From positions 377-64,376 of the forward strand of contig JADHMR010000003.1 of assembly GCA_016779945.1 (NCBI GenBank): 64,000 nt of DNA, in the 5' to 3' direction. Below are positions 1-10,726 of this stretch, in pieces (position 1 is the stretch's first letter; every line of letters starts with the position of its first letter). Source of the stretch: Bacteroidia bacterium. Lineage in GTDB: Bacteria; Bacteroidota; Bacteroidia; NS11-12g; UBA9320. The position numbers and the translations under genes were made by a program. The notes below the pieces were generated by a model, which was given only the letters and a program-made list of their open reading frames with translations, searched no databases and was not told the origin of the DNA.

Positions 1-697
1 TTCTTCCTATACCATATGCTAACATCAATGCCGGACCACCAAGATCTATCATTCGTTTCCAAGGGACACCATTCTTGCCAGCATACCAAAGAACTCCAAT
101 TGTGCCACCTATCAAACCCCCAAAAAATGTCAAACCACTGAATGGATCTCTGAATAATACCATTGGGTCGGCGAATAATTCCTCATAATACTCAAGGTGG
201 TGAAACAACTTAGCCCCTGTAAATCCAGCGAGAGCAGCAATAAATGTCAAATTACTGACAATCATATATGGATGGTATGTAACGGTTTGGTTAGGATCTA
301 GCTCACCCTCTTTTACATACTGATAATATCTATAGCCAGCAAAAGAACACAGCATAACTATACCCCATAACCAAGACCCCTCACTTGATATTAAAAATGC
401 TTGAGGATTATCTGATAAATCACTAAAATTTAATCCAAGGTGTATTATTTTGAATCCAATTAAAAATCCTACCAGACCATTTGTGATAAGCTCACGAATA
501 AGGTTTGGTTTCTCTACTTTCTTTTGAACCGACTTTAGAACACCATCTTTCTCTAATCGTTTAAACTCAAGTGTAATAACCCAACTTGCCGCTAAAAAAG
601 CCAGAGCAACAAAAAAACCAAACATCATCACTATTTTAAATGCAGGTACAGAAACACCGAAAAGATCTAATACTGCGTGATATAATGTTGGGTACAT
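1..697 (-). CDS. lgt: prolipoprotein diacylglyceryl transferase; C-terminus runs off the window start
   Basis: Absent from the ORF track because it is open at the edge. My translation from the ATG at 697 reads MYPTLYHAVLDLFGVSVPAFKIVMMFGFFVALAFLAASW...GGPALMLAYGIGR. It is multi-TM with an Lgt-type ...AYGIGR motif. Confidence 0.8.
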   Translation of the reverse strand, partial: MYPTLYHAVLDLFGVSVPAFKIVMMFGFFVALAFLAASWVITLEFKRLEKDGVLKSVQKKVEKPNLIRELITNGLVGFLIGFKIIHLGLNFSDLSDNPQAFLISSEGSWLWGIVMLCSFAGYRYYQYVKEGELDPNQTVTYHPYMIVSNLTFIAALAGFTGAKLFHHLEYYEELFADPMVLFRDPFSGLTFFGGLIGGTIGVLWYAGKNGVPWKRMIDLGGPALMLAYGIGR

Positions 698-713
698 AAC
701 TATTTTATTGGTG

Positions 714-721
714 CAAATTTA
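714..721 (-). promoter_or_regulatory. Bacteroidota sigma-A -7 box (TAnnTTTG) for lgt
   Basis: TAAATTTG on the minus strand, 16 nt before the ATG at 697. Confidence 0.45.
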
Positions 722-896
722 GCAAGCAAAAATTCATTTTAATACTAAAAGTAAACTATCTTAAACTTTTGATTTATAAATTTTGAATATGCCGATTAGA
801 ACTGAATATTCTTATTTTTCTCTTTAACTTGATGACTAAACATATTAAGTATACCTTTCACAATCAAATAATTACTAGCTTTATTTCACCCAAAAC

Positions 897-2219
897 TTAT
901 TCTGCAATTTTATACAAATCAACTTTTGATTTTGACAATGCCCTTCCACTGACAGCTATATCATCAAAATGTTGACTTTGAATAGTGTTGACTTTACTTG
1001 AATCATAAGGTGCTTCGAATCGAACATAGTTTTCTGAAAAACCCTGCATTGAGTTTTCGCCGTGCTTTTCCTCTTCCCACAAGACTTGCATTGTTCTTCC
1101 AAGTTGAGATTCATAAAAATGCCTTTTCTTTTTTGTGCTGAGAATCCTCAATCGTTCTGCACGGTCAGTTTTATCAGATTTAGAGACCTTATTGGATAAT
1201 TTTTTGGCGGTTGTATTATTCCTCTCTGAATAGGGAAAAACGTGCAGATAGCTCACGTCCAATGAATTAATAAACTCATATGTACTTAAAAAATGTTCCT
1301 CAGATTCACCCGGAAAACCAACAATCACATCAACACCAATGCAGCAATTAGGCATTTTAGCTTTAATTCTTTCAATTCGATCTCGATATAAATTACTCAG
1401 ATATTTTCTCCTCATTTTTATCAATATTTCATCATTACCACTTTGCAATGGAATATGGAAATGAGGAACAATTTTTTTACTCTGAGCTACAAAATCAATA
1501 ATCTCATTACTTAATAGATTAGGTTCAATACTGCTGATACGAAAACGTTCGATACCCTCCACTTTATCCAATTCTAACAATAAATCATAAAATGTTTCTT
1601 TATAATTTTGTTGAGCACCAAAATCACCAATATTAACACCAGTTAGTACAACCTCTTTAATATTTTTGGATGCAACCTCTTTTGCCTTTTCTACTGTTTC
1701 TTGAATTGATACATTTCTACTCTTCCCTCTAGCAAGTGGTATCGTGCAAAATGAGCAGAAGTAATCACACCCATCTTGAACTTTGAGAAAACTCCTTGTT
1801 CTGTCTCCCATACTGTAAGCTGGAACAAAGTCTTGAGTCTCTTTAATATTTTTATTGTGAACAATGGCCTTTGCCTCTTTCTCCAGTGAATGAAGGTGTT
1901 CAATCATATTAAATTTCTCTGCCGCACCAAGAACCATGTCAACTCCTGGAATATTTGAAATTCCCTTTGGTTTAAGTTGAGCATAACACCCTATTACTAC
2001 GACATACGCCTGAGGATTTTGTTTAAGGACTCCCTTAACAGTATTTCGACATTTTTTATCTGCATTATCAGTTACCGAACAAGTATTAATAATGTATATA
2101 TCTGCCTTTTCTGAAAAATCCACTCGAGTAAATCCATTATTTTCTAACTGTCGAACAATCGTACTGCTCTCAGAAAAATTCAGCTTACAACCAAGTGTAT
2201 GAATAGCTACTAAAGACAT
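897..2219 (-). CDS. mtaB: radical-SAM methylthiotransferase, MtaB type (tRNA ms2t6A37)
   Basis: N-terminal TLGCKLNFSES and radical-SAM cluster motif CDYFCSFCTIP; about 440 aa. The track start at 2228 is a TTG inside a TAAATTTG box, so I use the first ATG at 2219. Confidence 0.85.
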   Translation of the reverse strand: MSLVAIHTLGCKLNFSESSTIVRQLENNGFTRVDFSEKADIYIINTCSVTDNADKKCRNTVKGVLKQNPQAYVVVIGCYAQLKPKGISNIPGVDMVLGAAEKFNMIEHLHSLEKEAKAIVHNKNIKETQDFVPAYSMGDRTRSFLKVQDGCDYFCSFCTIPLARGKSRNVSIQETVEKAKEVASKNIKEVVLTGVNIGDFGAQQNYKETFYDLLLELDKVEGIERFRISSIEPNLLSNEIIDFVAQSKKIVPHFHIPLQSGNDEILIKMRRKYLSNLYRDRIERIKAKMPNCCIGVDVIVGFPGESEEHFLSTYEFINSLDVSYLHVFPYSERNNTTAKKLSNKVSKSDKTDRAERLRILSTKKKRHFYESQLGRTMQVLWEEEKHGENSMQGFSENYVRFEAPYDSSKVNTIQSQHFDDIAVSGRALSKSKVDLYKIAE

Positions 2220-2225
2220 GTAGTG

Positions 2226-2233
2226 CAAATTTA
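2226..2233 (-). promoter_or_regulatory. -7 box for mtaB, abutting the start codon
   Basis: TAAATTTG on the minus strand, with 6 nt between the box and the ATG at 2219. Confidence 0.4.
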
Positions 2234-2327
2234 ATTAACCTCAATGATTTCAGATTGAAATATTTTTCGATTAAGAAAGCAACTGTTTGTTGAACTCTTT
2301 TAATGCTAATTCGTTAATAGGTTAATC

Positions 2328-3194
2328 ATGCAAGAAAGAACAATCGAACAAATCATACCATCCCAAAAAGTAAATATGGGTGGTCATATTATAGATCAAT
2401 CATTACCAACTCGTCAGATTGATAATTTAGATCCATTTCTATTGATTCATCACTGGCACAATCACCTACCAGGCAACCAAAAACCTCAAGAGGAAGGTGT
2501 TGGACCACACCCTCATTGTGGATTTAGTCCAGTAACTTTTATTTTTAAAGGTGCCATTGAGCATAGAGATAGTCTTGGGAATCGTGCAGTTGTAGAAAAC
2601 GGAGGCACACAGTGGATGTTTTCTGGAAGAGGAATCACGCACAGTGAGCGGTTCCCGAAAAAACTTGTTGAGGAAGGTGGAGAGTTAGAATTTATTCAAT
2701 TTTGGGTGAACGCACCCGCTAAATTTAAAAATGAACCTCCTTATTACCAACCCATAAGCATGTCAGAAACACCATTGTCTGAAGAAGATAAAAGTAAAGT
2801 TTGGGTAGTTAGTGGCGAATACAAAGGATTAAAAGGGATAGCTCCAACATATAGTCCTCAACTTCTACTTCGTGGTGAAGTAGAAAAAGGTGGCATATTA
2901 GAAATTCCTATTCCGCAATCGTACAATGCACTTTTATATGTTCTTAATGGAGACTTAAATCTAAATGGCACTCATTTAAAAAATAAGGACATGGGCATTC
3001 TTAATCATGATGGAGATGGTGTGAAAGTTGAAGCCAATGAAAATACTCGATTTATTGTCCTCAGTGGAGAACCTATCAATGAACCTATTGCAACTTATGG
3101 CCCTTTTGTCATGAACAATCAAGCCCAGTTAATGGAAGCTTTAAAGAAAGCACAAATGGGCAAAATGGGTGTTTTGATTGAGGAGTTTGAGTAA
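2328..3194 (+). CDS. pirin family protein
   Basis: Cupin/pirin motifs HPHCGFSPVTFIFKG..EHRDSLGN and a 288-aa bicupin length. Confidence 0.8.
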   Translation: MQERTIEQIIPSQKVNMGGHIIDQSLPTRQIDNLDPFLLIHHWHNHLPGNQKPQEEGVGPHPHCGFSPVTFIFKGAIEHRDSLGNRAVVENGGTQWMFSGRGITHSERFPKKLVEEGGELEFIQFWVNAPAKFKNEPPYYQPISMSETPLSEEDKSKVWVVSGEYKGLKGIAPTYSPQLLLRGEVEKGGILEIPIPQSYNALLYVLNGDLNLNGTHLKNKDMGILNHDGDGVKVEANENTRFIVLSGEPINEPIATYGPFVMNNQAQLMEALKKAQMGKMGVLIEEFE

Positions 3195-3197
3195 AAA

Positions 3198-4232
3198 TTA
3201 TTTTTTCTTAAGGGTAAAGCCAAATGTGCTGCCAATTCCAACACTGCTTCTCACGTTAATGATTTGATTGTGGGCTTCAATGATATATTTAACTATTGCA
3301 AGCCCCAAACCATTACCCCCTTCGTCTCTACTCCTTCCTTTGTCTGTTCTGTAAAAACGTTCGAATAAACGCGGCAGATGTTCCTCTGCTATACCTTGTC
3401 CATTGTCTGACACCTCTATTAGAATGTTCTCATCCATATCATAAAATCCAATTTCAACGACACCTCCATTCTTGCCATATTTTATTGCATTTACTACTAG
3501 ATTTATTAATACTTGCCTAATCTTTGCTTGATCAGCATAAACATAAACTTGTTTAGGGTTTTGATGTTTGAATTTTAATTCTATTTTTTGACTTACAGCT
3601 TTATTTTCTACAATTTCAAAGACTTCATTTGTCAATTTAATGATATCAAATTCAACAAATTCTAACGGTGGGTTTTTACCCTGAAGTACATTAATATTTG
3701 TCAATTCATCTACAAGCTCTATCAGACGTTTTGTACTATTACTTGCTTTTATTAAAAATAATTGATTTACAGACTCATCCTCCAATGCACCGTCTAATAA
3801 TGTATGGATATATCCTTGAATACTTTGTATGGGTGTTTTTAATTCATGAGAAACATTGCCTAAAAATTCACCAATATATTTTTCTAATTCTTTTAAATCA
3901 TTGACCTCTTTTCGATTTTTTTCAATCCACTCAAGTACATCCTTACTTACTGCTTCTAATGGGTCAGACTCATTTTTGTACTTGTCTAGTAAATCAATGT
4001 CTTGGTTAGTTTTGAACTGATAAATATTTCTATATATGGTCTTTATCTTATCGTAGATAAAACGATTTAATATCAGATAAAAAATGAAGTAACAAAGTAA
4101 TAAGACAATGCCAAAATTAATAACAGTGGGTAAAATCTTTTCAGAAAATATCGCTACACCAATTGATGATACAATTGCTGCTGTAAAACTAACAATAAAA
4201 GCTATCGCACCAGGGCTTGTTGCATTTCTCAC
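3198..4232 (-). CDS. sensor histidine kinase with two N-terminal TM helices and almost no periplasmic loop
   Basis: H-box SHELKTPI; HATPase N/G boxes NAIKYG, DNGQGI and GGNGLGLAIVK. Overlaps the response regulator gene by 4 nt. Confidence 0.9.
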   Translation of the reverse strand: MRNATSPGAIAFIVSFTAAIVSSIGVAIFSEKILPTVINFGIVLLLCYFIFYLILNRFIYDKIKTIYRNIYQFKTNQDIDLLDKYKNESDPLEAVSKDVLEWIEKNRKEVNDLKELEKYIGEFLGNVSHELKTPIQSIQGYIHTLLDGALEDESVNQLFLIKASNSTKRLIELVDELTNINVLQGKNPPLEFVEFDIIKLTNEVFEIVENKAVSQKIELKFKHQNPKQVYVYADQAKIRQVLINLVVNAIKYGKNGGVVEIGFYDMDENILIEVSDNGQGIAEEHLPRLFERFYRTDKGRSRDEGGNGLGLAIVKYIIEAHNQIINVRSSVGIGSTFGFTLKKK

Positions 4233-4900
4233 AATACAAACTTATATCCTACGCCTTTAATTGTCTTAATTTTTTCGTCACCAACTTTTTCTCTGATCTT
4301 TCTGATGTGCACATCAATTGTTCGATCAACTACGCTTACGTCTGTTCCCCAGACTTTGCTAAGGATACTTTCTCTCCTAAAAACTTTGTCAGGTTTTGAC
4401 GCAAGAAGAAACAATAACTCAAACTCTTTCTTCGGTAAAGTAAAGTGTTTGTTTTGTAATGAAACTTTGAATGTGTCTCGGTCAATAATTAAGTCACCAT
4501 GTTGAATTTGACTGATCGTGTGTTGATCTTTTTTCCTTGATAATATAGCCTTGATTCTACTGATAAGCACCCGTGGCTTTATGGGCTTCGTAATATAATC
4601 ATCAGCCCCAGCCTCAAAACCAGCAATTTCTGAATATTCCTCTGATCTTGCTGTTAAAAATATAATAAACTTATCACTAAGATTAGGTTTAGATTTAATT
4701 GCTCGACATGTCTCTATGCCGTCCAATTCAGGCATCATAATATCCAGTATTATCAAATCAGGCTCTTTCTTTATTGCTATTTCAAGACCTGCTGCTCCAT
4801 TATTTGCTGAATAACATTTGTACCCTTCTTTTTCAAGATTATATCTCAGTAATTCAACAATATCCTGATCATCTTCAACGATTAATATCTTTTTTGCCAT
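4229..4900 (-). CDS. OmpR/PhoB-family response regulator
   Basis: Receiver domain (KILIVEDD, DLIILDIMMP, KP) followed by a winged-helix output domain (TIDVHIRKIREK, GVGYKF). Confidence 0.9.
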   Translation of the reverse strand: MAKKILIVEDDQDIVELLRYNLEKEGYKCYSANNGAAGLEIAIKKEPDLIILDIMMPELDGIETCRAIKSKPNLSDKFIIFLTARSEEYSEIAGFEAGADDYITKPIKPRVLISRIKAILSRKKDQHTISQIQHGDLIIDRDTFKVSLQNKHFTLPKKEFELLFLLASKPDKVFRRESILSKVWGTDVSVVDRTIDVHIRKIREKVGDEKIKTIKGVGYKFVL

Positions 4901-4946
4901 TATAGTATTACAATGATTGTTGTAGTTTAAAACTTCTACATTATAA

Positions 4947-4954
4947 CAAAGTTA
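4947..4954 (-). promoter_or_regulatory. -7 box for the response regulator/kinase operon
   Basis: TAACTTTG on the minus strand, about 46 nt before the ATG at 4900. It overlaps a GTTAAC-N5-GTTAAC hairpin. Confidence 0.4.
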
Positions 4955-4975
4955 ACAGAATGTTAACTCGCTCAT

Positions 4976-5398
4976 TTAATCTCTTGTATTTTTAATGATT
5001 CGAGTAAAGCCGACTAAATCGTTCAGATTATTTTCTGACCGCTCTATATAACTGTGAGCTGTCACCTTTGTCATGGTACATTTTTTTTGGATTTGAGTGA
5101 TATCAAAAGCCAACTGAGTTTGATTGGGATTGGACAATATTGAATCGAATTTCATAGTGTACACACTGTCATTTTCCCAATTTAGTTTGAATCTTACTAG
5201 CAAACCGTCTTGCAAGAGAAATTCTTCTTGATAGTCTGTAGTTCTATGAATTAAGTATTTGAATGAACCCTCAGAATAATGAAAATTACCTACTTTCCAT
5301 TCTTGAAACTGTTCCTGATTTTGGTTATCAACTTGTTTGTTATCCACTTGATTGCAAGCGAATAAAAAAATAAAAAATAATACCCAATAAAATTTCAC
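4976..5398 (-). CDS. hypothetical lipoprotein
   Basis: Signal peptide with lipobox-like FLFAC. No other recognisable motif. Confidence 0.6.
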   Translation of the reverse strand: MKFYWVLFFIFLFACNQVDNKQVDNQNQEQFQEWKVGNFHYSEGSFKYLIHRTTDYQEEFLLQDGLLVRFKLNWENDSVYTMKFDSILSNPNQTQLAFDITQIQKKCTMTKVTAHSYIERSENNLNDLVGFTRIIKNTRD

Positions 5399-5400
5399 AA

Positions 5401-6549
5401 TTAATCCAATAATGGGATAATTAGAGCCTCCAACTGATTACTTCTAAAGCCGGATTTTACTATTCTACCCTCGCGATCAAGCAAGAACGTAGCAGGGATA
5501 GAACGCACTTTATACAGCTGAGCTGCTGATGATTTCCAGCCCTTTAGATCACTAACATGTTTCCAAGTTAACCCGTCTTTTTGAATAGCTGCCTTCCAGC
5601 TAGCTTCCTTGGAATCCAGTGAAACACCATATATTTCGAAACCTTTGTCTTTATACTTCTCGTAAATTGCCTTAACATGTGGGTTTTCCTTTCGACAGGG
5701 TCCGCACCAGCTCGCCCAAAAGTCGATCAGAACTACTTTACCTTTTAGAGAAGACAATGCCAATGAATCTCCTTGGGGTGTTTTTAATATTATTTCTGGA
5801 GCAATTACGCCATTGGTGGTGGGCCCCAAATTATCAATCGTTTTTCCTAGGCTGGCAGTATAACTCGAATTTGGAAAATCCTTTCTTAATTTCTCATAAG
5901 CAATCATAAGTATACTTGGGATGGGTTGATTAAATAAATATTTTGCAGCAAAATACGTTGCGGGGGTGGTAGGTTCTGTTTTTACAAAATTCTCAATATC
6001 AGCTGTTCTCTTTTTTATTAAATCATTGTATTTTCTAGTTGTTTCTGCGGTGACATTAGCAGAAGCTGTTTGGGGATCAATCGCCTCCACTTCTTTGTTA
6101 AAAGCCGTCATCGTTCGTTCAAAATCAGTATAAATTTTAAATATTTTATACATCGATGCATTGTATTTACCTCCACTAATTGACGCATCTAAAAACTCAT
6201 CTTTCGTTATTTTTAATGACAATTTTGCTCCTTTCTCTATAATTAATGGAACACCAGGAGGACGCGTATTCCCGATAGTTACATAATACAATGTACTCTC
6301 ATCATATCCATTTCCATTGAATTCAAAAGATCCGTTTTTGTTAGCATAAGAACTATCAATTATTTGTAATTGAACATCCGTAATTTTACTTAAAATGAAT
6401 AGTGTATTTTGTGGAAGATTTGAATTGCCTTTGATAACAAAATCTGATTTAACTTGAGATGAGGTACAACCCATCATTACTGAAGAAGCTGCCACTATTA
6501 TAACTGTTAAAAACCACCGCTGGATATTTTTTTTAAATTTCATTTTCAT
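5401..6549 (-). CDS. TlpA/ResA-like thiol-disulfide oxidoreductase lipoprotein
   Basis: Signal peptide plus Cys (VMMGCTSS) and a C-terminal thioredoxin fold with WASWCGPC. Confidence 0.85.
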   Translation of the reverse strand: MKMKFKKNIQRWFLTVIIVAASSVMMGCTSSQVKSDFVIKGNSNLPQNTLFILSKITDVQLQIIDSSYANKNGSFEFNGNGYDESTLYYVTIGNTRPPGVPLIIEKGAKLSLKITKDEFLDASISGGKYNASMYKIFKIYTDFERTMTAFNKEVEAIDPQTASANVTAETTRKYNDLIKKRTADIENFVKTEPTTPATYFAAKYLFNQPIPSILMIAYEKLRKDFPNSSYTASLGKTIDNLGPTTNGVIAPEIILKTPQGDSLALSSLKGKVVLIDFWASWCGPCRKENPHVKAIYEKYKDKGFEIYGVSLDSKEASWKAAIQKDGLTWKHVSDLKGWKSSAAQLYKVRSIPATFLLDREGRIVKSGFRSNQLEALIIPLLD

Positions 6550-6570
6550 TATTAACGTATCGTAAACTGG

Positions 6571-8037
6571 TTAATTGTCAAGTAATTTTACAAGGAGATT
6601 TTTTGTCTTCTTTGGATCTGCTTTACCACCACTTTTCTTCATAATCTGTCCCATAAACATACCAATTAAACCTGTTTTACCCGCTTTGTATTCTTGTACT
6701 TTATTTGGATTTTCATCCAAAACCTCCTGAATTAGCTGATGCAGTGTATCCTCATCACCTGTTTGTTTTAGATTTAGTTTTTCAATTAATTGACTCACTT
6801 CTTGTTTAGGATTCAATAATAACGCAGGGAATAATTTTTGTTCAGCCACACTAAAATTAATCACCCCTTCATCAATAAATTCAATAATAAGAGCAATGGT
6901 CTTTGGACTTAATGGGAATTTTTCAATAGAGGAAGCATTACTATTCACCCAACCTTTAACTGGCCCCATGACCCAGTTAGCAGCAGCCTTATAATTCGTT
7001 GAGTAATCACATACCAATATAAAGTAATCTGCAATATCCTTTTGTTCCGTTAATATTTCTGCATCATAGGCACCCAGTGAATATTCAGATGTAAAACGGG
7101 CAATTAATTCCTTGGGTAAGGCTGGCATTCTTTCCTTTAATTTATCAATCCAAGCTTGATCAATGATTAATGGAGGTAAATCTGGTTCTGGAAAAAATCG
7201 ATAATCATTGACTAACTCTTTACTCCTCATCGAGAAAGTTGTTCCTTTGACTGCATCAAAACTTCGGGTTTCTGAGAAGATTTCTTCGCCAGCAAGTGCC
7301 ATTTTACTTTGACGATTAAATTCAAATTCAATGGCTTTTTTTACATTGCTCATCGAATTCATATTTTTTACCTCAACCTTTGTCCCAAAATCTTTAGAGC
7401 CTAAAGGTCTTACTGAAACATTAGCATCACACCTCAGGCTTCCCTCTTCCATGTTCCCATCACAAATACCAAGGTATCGAACTAATTTTCTAACTTCTGA
7501 AAGAAAATTATAGGCCTCTTCTCCACTTCTAAAATCAGGTTCTGTTACGATTTCAACCAAGGCTGTTCCAGCACGGTTATAATCCATCAAAGTATTGTAT
7601 ATATCCAAATCATGGATTCCTTTTCCAGTATCTTCCTCCATGTGAATTCGCGTTAGGTTGATACGTTTAGATGTTCCGTCAGATAAAAGAATATCAACCC
7701 CACCACCATTACAAATTGGTGTATCTAATTGTGTAATTTGATACCCTTTGGGTAGGTCAGCATAGAAGTAGTTTTTTCTGGAGTAAGAATTATACGACCG
7801 TATGTCACAATCACAAGCCAACCCAAGCATGATTGCCATATTAATCGCTTCTTTGTTGTGAACAGGCAATGTACCTGGGTGTCCAAGACTTACTGGACTA
7901 ACAAGTGTGTTGGGTGATGCACCAAATGCAACCTTATCCGAGCAGAAAGCTTTAGATTTTGTTTTTAATTGAGCATGAATCTCCAAACCAACTACAACTT
8001 CATGTGTATCGTTTTTTAACATAAGATTATCCTTCAT
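6571..8037 (-). CDS. gatB: Asp/Glu-tRNA amidotransferase subunit B
   Basis: VVGLEIHAQL, RCDANVSV and a C-terminal GatB/YqeY tail. An alternative ATG at 8022 would remove the 11-nt overlap with alaS. Confidence 0.9.
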   Translation of the reverse strand: MKDNLMLKNDTHEVVVGLEIHAQLKTKSKAFCSDKVAFGASPNTLVSPVSLGHPGTLPVHNKEAINMAIMLGLACDCDIRSYNSYSRKNYFYADLPKGYQITQLDTPICNGGGVDILLSDGTSKRINLTRIHMEEDTGKGIHDLDIYNTLMDYNRAGTALVEIVTEPDFRSGEEAYNFLSEVRKLVRYLGICDGNMEEGSLRCDANVSVRPLGSKDFGTKVEVKNMNSMSNVKKAIEFEFNRQSKMALAGEEIFSETRSFDAVKGTTFSMRSKELVNDYRFFPEPDLPPLIIDQAWIDKLKERMPALPKELIARFTSEYSLGAYDAEILTEQKDIADYFILVCDYSTNYKAAANWVMGPVKGWVNSNASSIEKFPLSPKTIALIIEFIDEGVINFSVAEQKLFPALLLNPKQEVSQLIEKLNLKQTGDEDTLHQLIQEVLDENPNKVQEYKAGKTGLIGMFMGQIMKKSGGKADPKKTKNLLVKLLDN

Positions 8038-10651
8038 TTGTAAAATTAAATGCGATCTCTTTTACTTTCTCTAATCCTGTTACATCAGAACCTCCAGCTT
8101 GTGCAAAGAAGGGTTGACCTCCTCCACCGCCTTTAATCTCCTTAGACCATTCTCTGACTAAATTTCCTGCATGGTAATTTTTTTCTTTTACAAGTTGGTC
8201 ACTTATCATGATACTAATATTTGGTTTCCCTGCAACGTTAGCTAATAACGTACAAAATAAATTTTCGGTTTCTTGTTTGAGTTGAAAACAAAGATCTTTG
8301 ACTTGTGCCGCTTTATCAACTTCGATTGTTTCGATGATAACTTGCATGCCATTTATGTTTTGAATAGACGATTTCAACTTATTCTTTAAACCCGCAACTT
8401 GTTTATGTTCAAAGGCTTCTAACTTCTCTTTAAAACTAAAATTTTCATTTTTAATATCCTTAATCGCCTTTAAAATATCTTTTTGATTGCCTAATTCCGA
8501 CCGGACCAAATCCAATAGTTCTAACTGATTTTTTACATAATCGTCTGCATGAGCTCCTGTAAAAGCCTCAATTCTTCTTACTCCTGCGGCTACAGCCCCT
8601 TCGCTTACTATTCTAAAGCTTCCAATTTGAGCAGTATTTGATACATGTGTTCCACCGCATAATTCAACCGAAAAATCTTGATCAAAAGTGACCATTCTTA
8701 CTGTGTCACCATATTTTTCTCCAAACAAAGCCATAGCACCTTGCTGAATTGCCTTGTCAAAGGGAATATTTCGATCTTCTTTCAAAGCTATAGAAGAACG
8801 AATTTTATAGTTTACTAATTTCTCAATGGCTTCCAATTCTTCTTTTTCAACCTTCTGATAATGAGAAAAATCAAAACGCAAATACTTCGAATTAACTAAA
8901 GATCCTTTTTGAGTAACATGATCTCCTAATATTTGTCTTAATGATGCTTGAAGCAAATGAGTAGCACTATGATTTAGTGTGACTGAATTTCTGTATTCCG
9001 AATTTACAACAGCAGTAAATTTTTGATTTAAATTTTTGGGTAGTTCTTCTGCCAAGTGGATTATCAACTTGTTTTCTTTTTGAGTATCTGTAATTTTGAT
9101 TTTCTGACTATCAGAAAGGCCCTCAATAATTCCTTTATCACCAACTTGACCACCACTTTCCGCATAAAATGGGGTACAATTAAAAATCAAATGAAACTGC
9201 TTCTTCCCCTTTACTTCAACTGTTCGATATCGAGTTATGATTACCTCAGACTCCGTATAATCGTAACCGATAAATTCTTCGCGATCGTCTTCTACAAGTT
9301 CAATCCAATCTCCTGCCACCTTTTTTGCATCTGCTCTACTTCGGTCTTTTTGTTTAGCTAATTCCAGTTCAAAGCCTTTGATATCGACTTGAATATTTTT
9401 TTCTTTCGCTAAAAGCTGTGTAAGGTCAATGGGAAAACCAAATGTATCGTACAATTCAAATGCGTGGATACCAGATATCATTTTACCTTCGGAGGATGCA
9501 TAGTTATCAAAAAGTTTCAAACCATTATTTAATGTATTTAAGAATGATTTCTCTTCTTGTTCAATCACCTTGGTAATGAATTCTTTCTGGCTCGATAGAT
9601 TAGTAAAAACATCCTCAAATTTGCTCACAAAACCATCAACTAAGCGATAAATAAAAGGAGATTCAATTTTCAAGAAACTATAACCATATCTAACAGCTCG
9701 TCTCAATATTCTACGTATAACATAGCCTGCACCATTATTATCGGGCAATTGACCGTCAGAAATAGCAAAACACACTGCTCTTAAGTGATCTGCAACCACA
9801 CGAAAAGCAATATCTGTATTGGTATCTTTACCATATTTTACACCACTGATGTCCTCCAAAGTGTGAATGGTATCCATGAATAGATCTGAGTCATAATTTG
9901 AGTTTTGTGAATGAACAGCTCTTACTAATCGCTCGAGTCCCATTCCAGTATCGACATGTTTAGCAGGTAGGGGCACCAAACTTCCATCAGCCTTTCTGTT
10001 ATATTCCATAAAAACGAGGTTCCAAATCTCAATCACTTGTTCGTGATCTGCATTGACGAGGCTAGCACCATCAATTTTTAATCGTTCATCATCCGATCTT
10101 AGGTCGATATGAATCTCCGAACAAGGACCACATGGACCCGTCTCTCCCATTTCCCAAAAATTATCTTTTTTGTTTCCTAATATAATTCGATCTTCAAAAA
10201 CATGATTCAACCAAATTGTTTTTGCATCCATATCCAAATCCAACTGATCGGGTTTGCTCCCCTCAAAAATAGAAACATACAATCTGTCCTTGTCTAGTTT
10301 ATATACTTCGGTTAAAAGCTCCCAAGCCCAATTTATTGAATCTTCTTTGAAATAATCCCCAAAACTCCAGTTACCCAACATTTCAAACATGGTATGATGA
10401 TAGGTATCCACACCTACCTCTTCTAAATCATTGTGTTTTCCACTAACTCTTAGGCATTTTTGGGTATTGACTAACCTCGTATCAGTTGCAGACTGGTTCC
10501 CTAGAAAGATGTCCTTGAACTGATTCATCCCAGCATTAGTAAACATAAGGGTAGGATCATCTTTAATTACTATTGGTGCCGAATCAACGATTTTATGGCC
10601 TTTTTTTTCAAAAAACGTTAAAAATGTGTTCCTTATGTCTTGTGCCGTCAT
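8027..10651 (-). CDS. alaS: alanine--tRNA ligase
   Basis: 874 aa. Class II AlaRS motifs (FTNAGMNQFK, GPCGPCSEIH), editing-domain HSATHLL and a C-terminal DHHA1-like GGGGG tail. Confidence 0.95.
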   Translation of the reverse strand: MTAQDIRNTFLTFFEKKGHKIVDSAPIVIKDDPTLMFTNAGMNQFKDIFLGNQSATDTRLVNTQKCLRVSGKHNDLEEVGVDTYHHTMFEMLGNWSFGDYFKEDSINWAWELLTEVYKLDKDRLYVSIFEGSKPDQLDLDMDAKTIWLNHVFEDRIILGNKKDNFWEMGETGPCGPCSEIHIDLRSDDERLKIDGASLVNADHEQVIEIWNLVFMEYNRKADGSLVPLPAKHVDTGMGLERLVRAVHSQNSNYDSDLFMDTIHTLEDISGVKYGKDTNTDIAFRVVADHLRAVCFAISDGQLPDNNGAGYVIRRILRRAVRYGYSFLKIESPFIYRLVDGFVSKFEDVFTNLSSQKEFITKVIEQEEKSFLNTLNNGLKLFDNYASSEGKMISGIHAFELYDTFGFPIDLTQLLAKEKNIQVDIKGFELELAKQKDRSRADAKKVAGDWIELVEDDREEFIGYDYTESEVIITRYRTVEVKGKKQFHLIFNCTPFYAESGGQVGDKGIIEGLSDSQKIKITDTQKENKLIIHLAEELPKNLNQKFTAVVNSEYRNSVTLNHSATHLLQASLRQILGDHVTQKGSLVNSKYLRFDFSHYQKVEKEELEAIEKLVNYKIRSSIALKEDRNIPFDKAIQQGAMALFGEKYGDTVRMVTFDQDFSVELCGGTHVSNTAQIGSFRIVSEGAVAAGVRRIEAFTGAHADDYVKNQLELLDLVRSELGNQKDILKAIKDIKNENFSFKEKLEAFEHKQVAGLKNKLKSSIQNINGMQVIIETIEVDKAAQVKDLCFQLKQETENLFCTLLANVAGKPNISIMISDQLVKEKNYHAGNLVREWSKEIKGGGGGQPFFAQAGGSDVTGLEKVKEIAFNFTNEG

Positions 10652-10692
10652 TCTTTTGGATATAACTGTTAATAATTAATGTAAGATCTTTT

Positions 10693-10700
10693 TATCTTTG
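10693..10700 (+). promoter_or_regulatory. -7 box for the M23 peptidase operon
   Basis: TATCTTTG, 26 nt before the ATG at 10727. Confidence 0.5.
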
Positions 10701-10716
10701 CAATGTATTAAGTAGG

Positions 10717-10724
10717 CAAAAATA
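10717..10724 (-). promoter_or_regulatory. -7 box for alaS (divergent)
   Basis: TATTTTTG on the minus strand, about 65 nt before the ATG at 10651. Confidence 0.4.
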
Positions 10725-10726
10725 CA

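Noticed and set aside
4951-4967. GTTAAC-N5-GTTAAC inverted repeat upstream of the response regulator gene, considered as an operator site.
   Set aside because: A 6-bp self-complementary hexamer repeated once is weak evidence in AT-rich DNA. It can equally be the terminator hairpin of the upstream lipoprotein gene overlapping the TAACTTTG promoter box.
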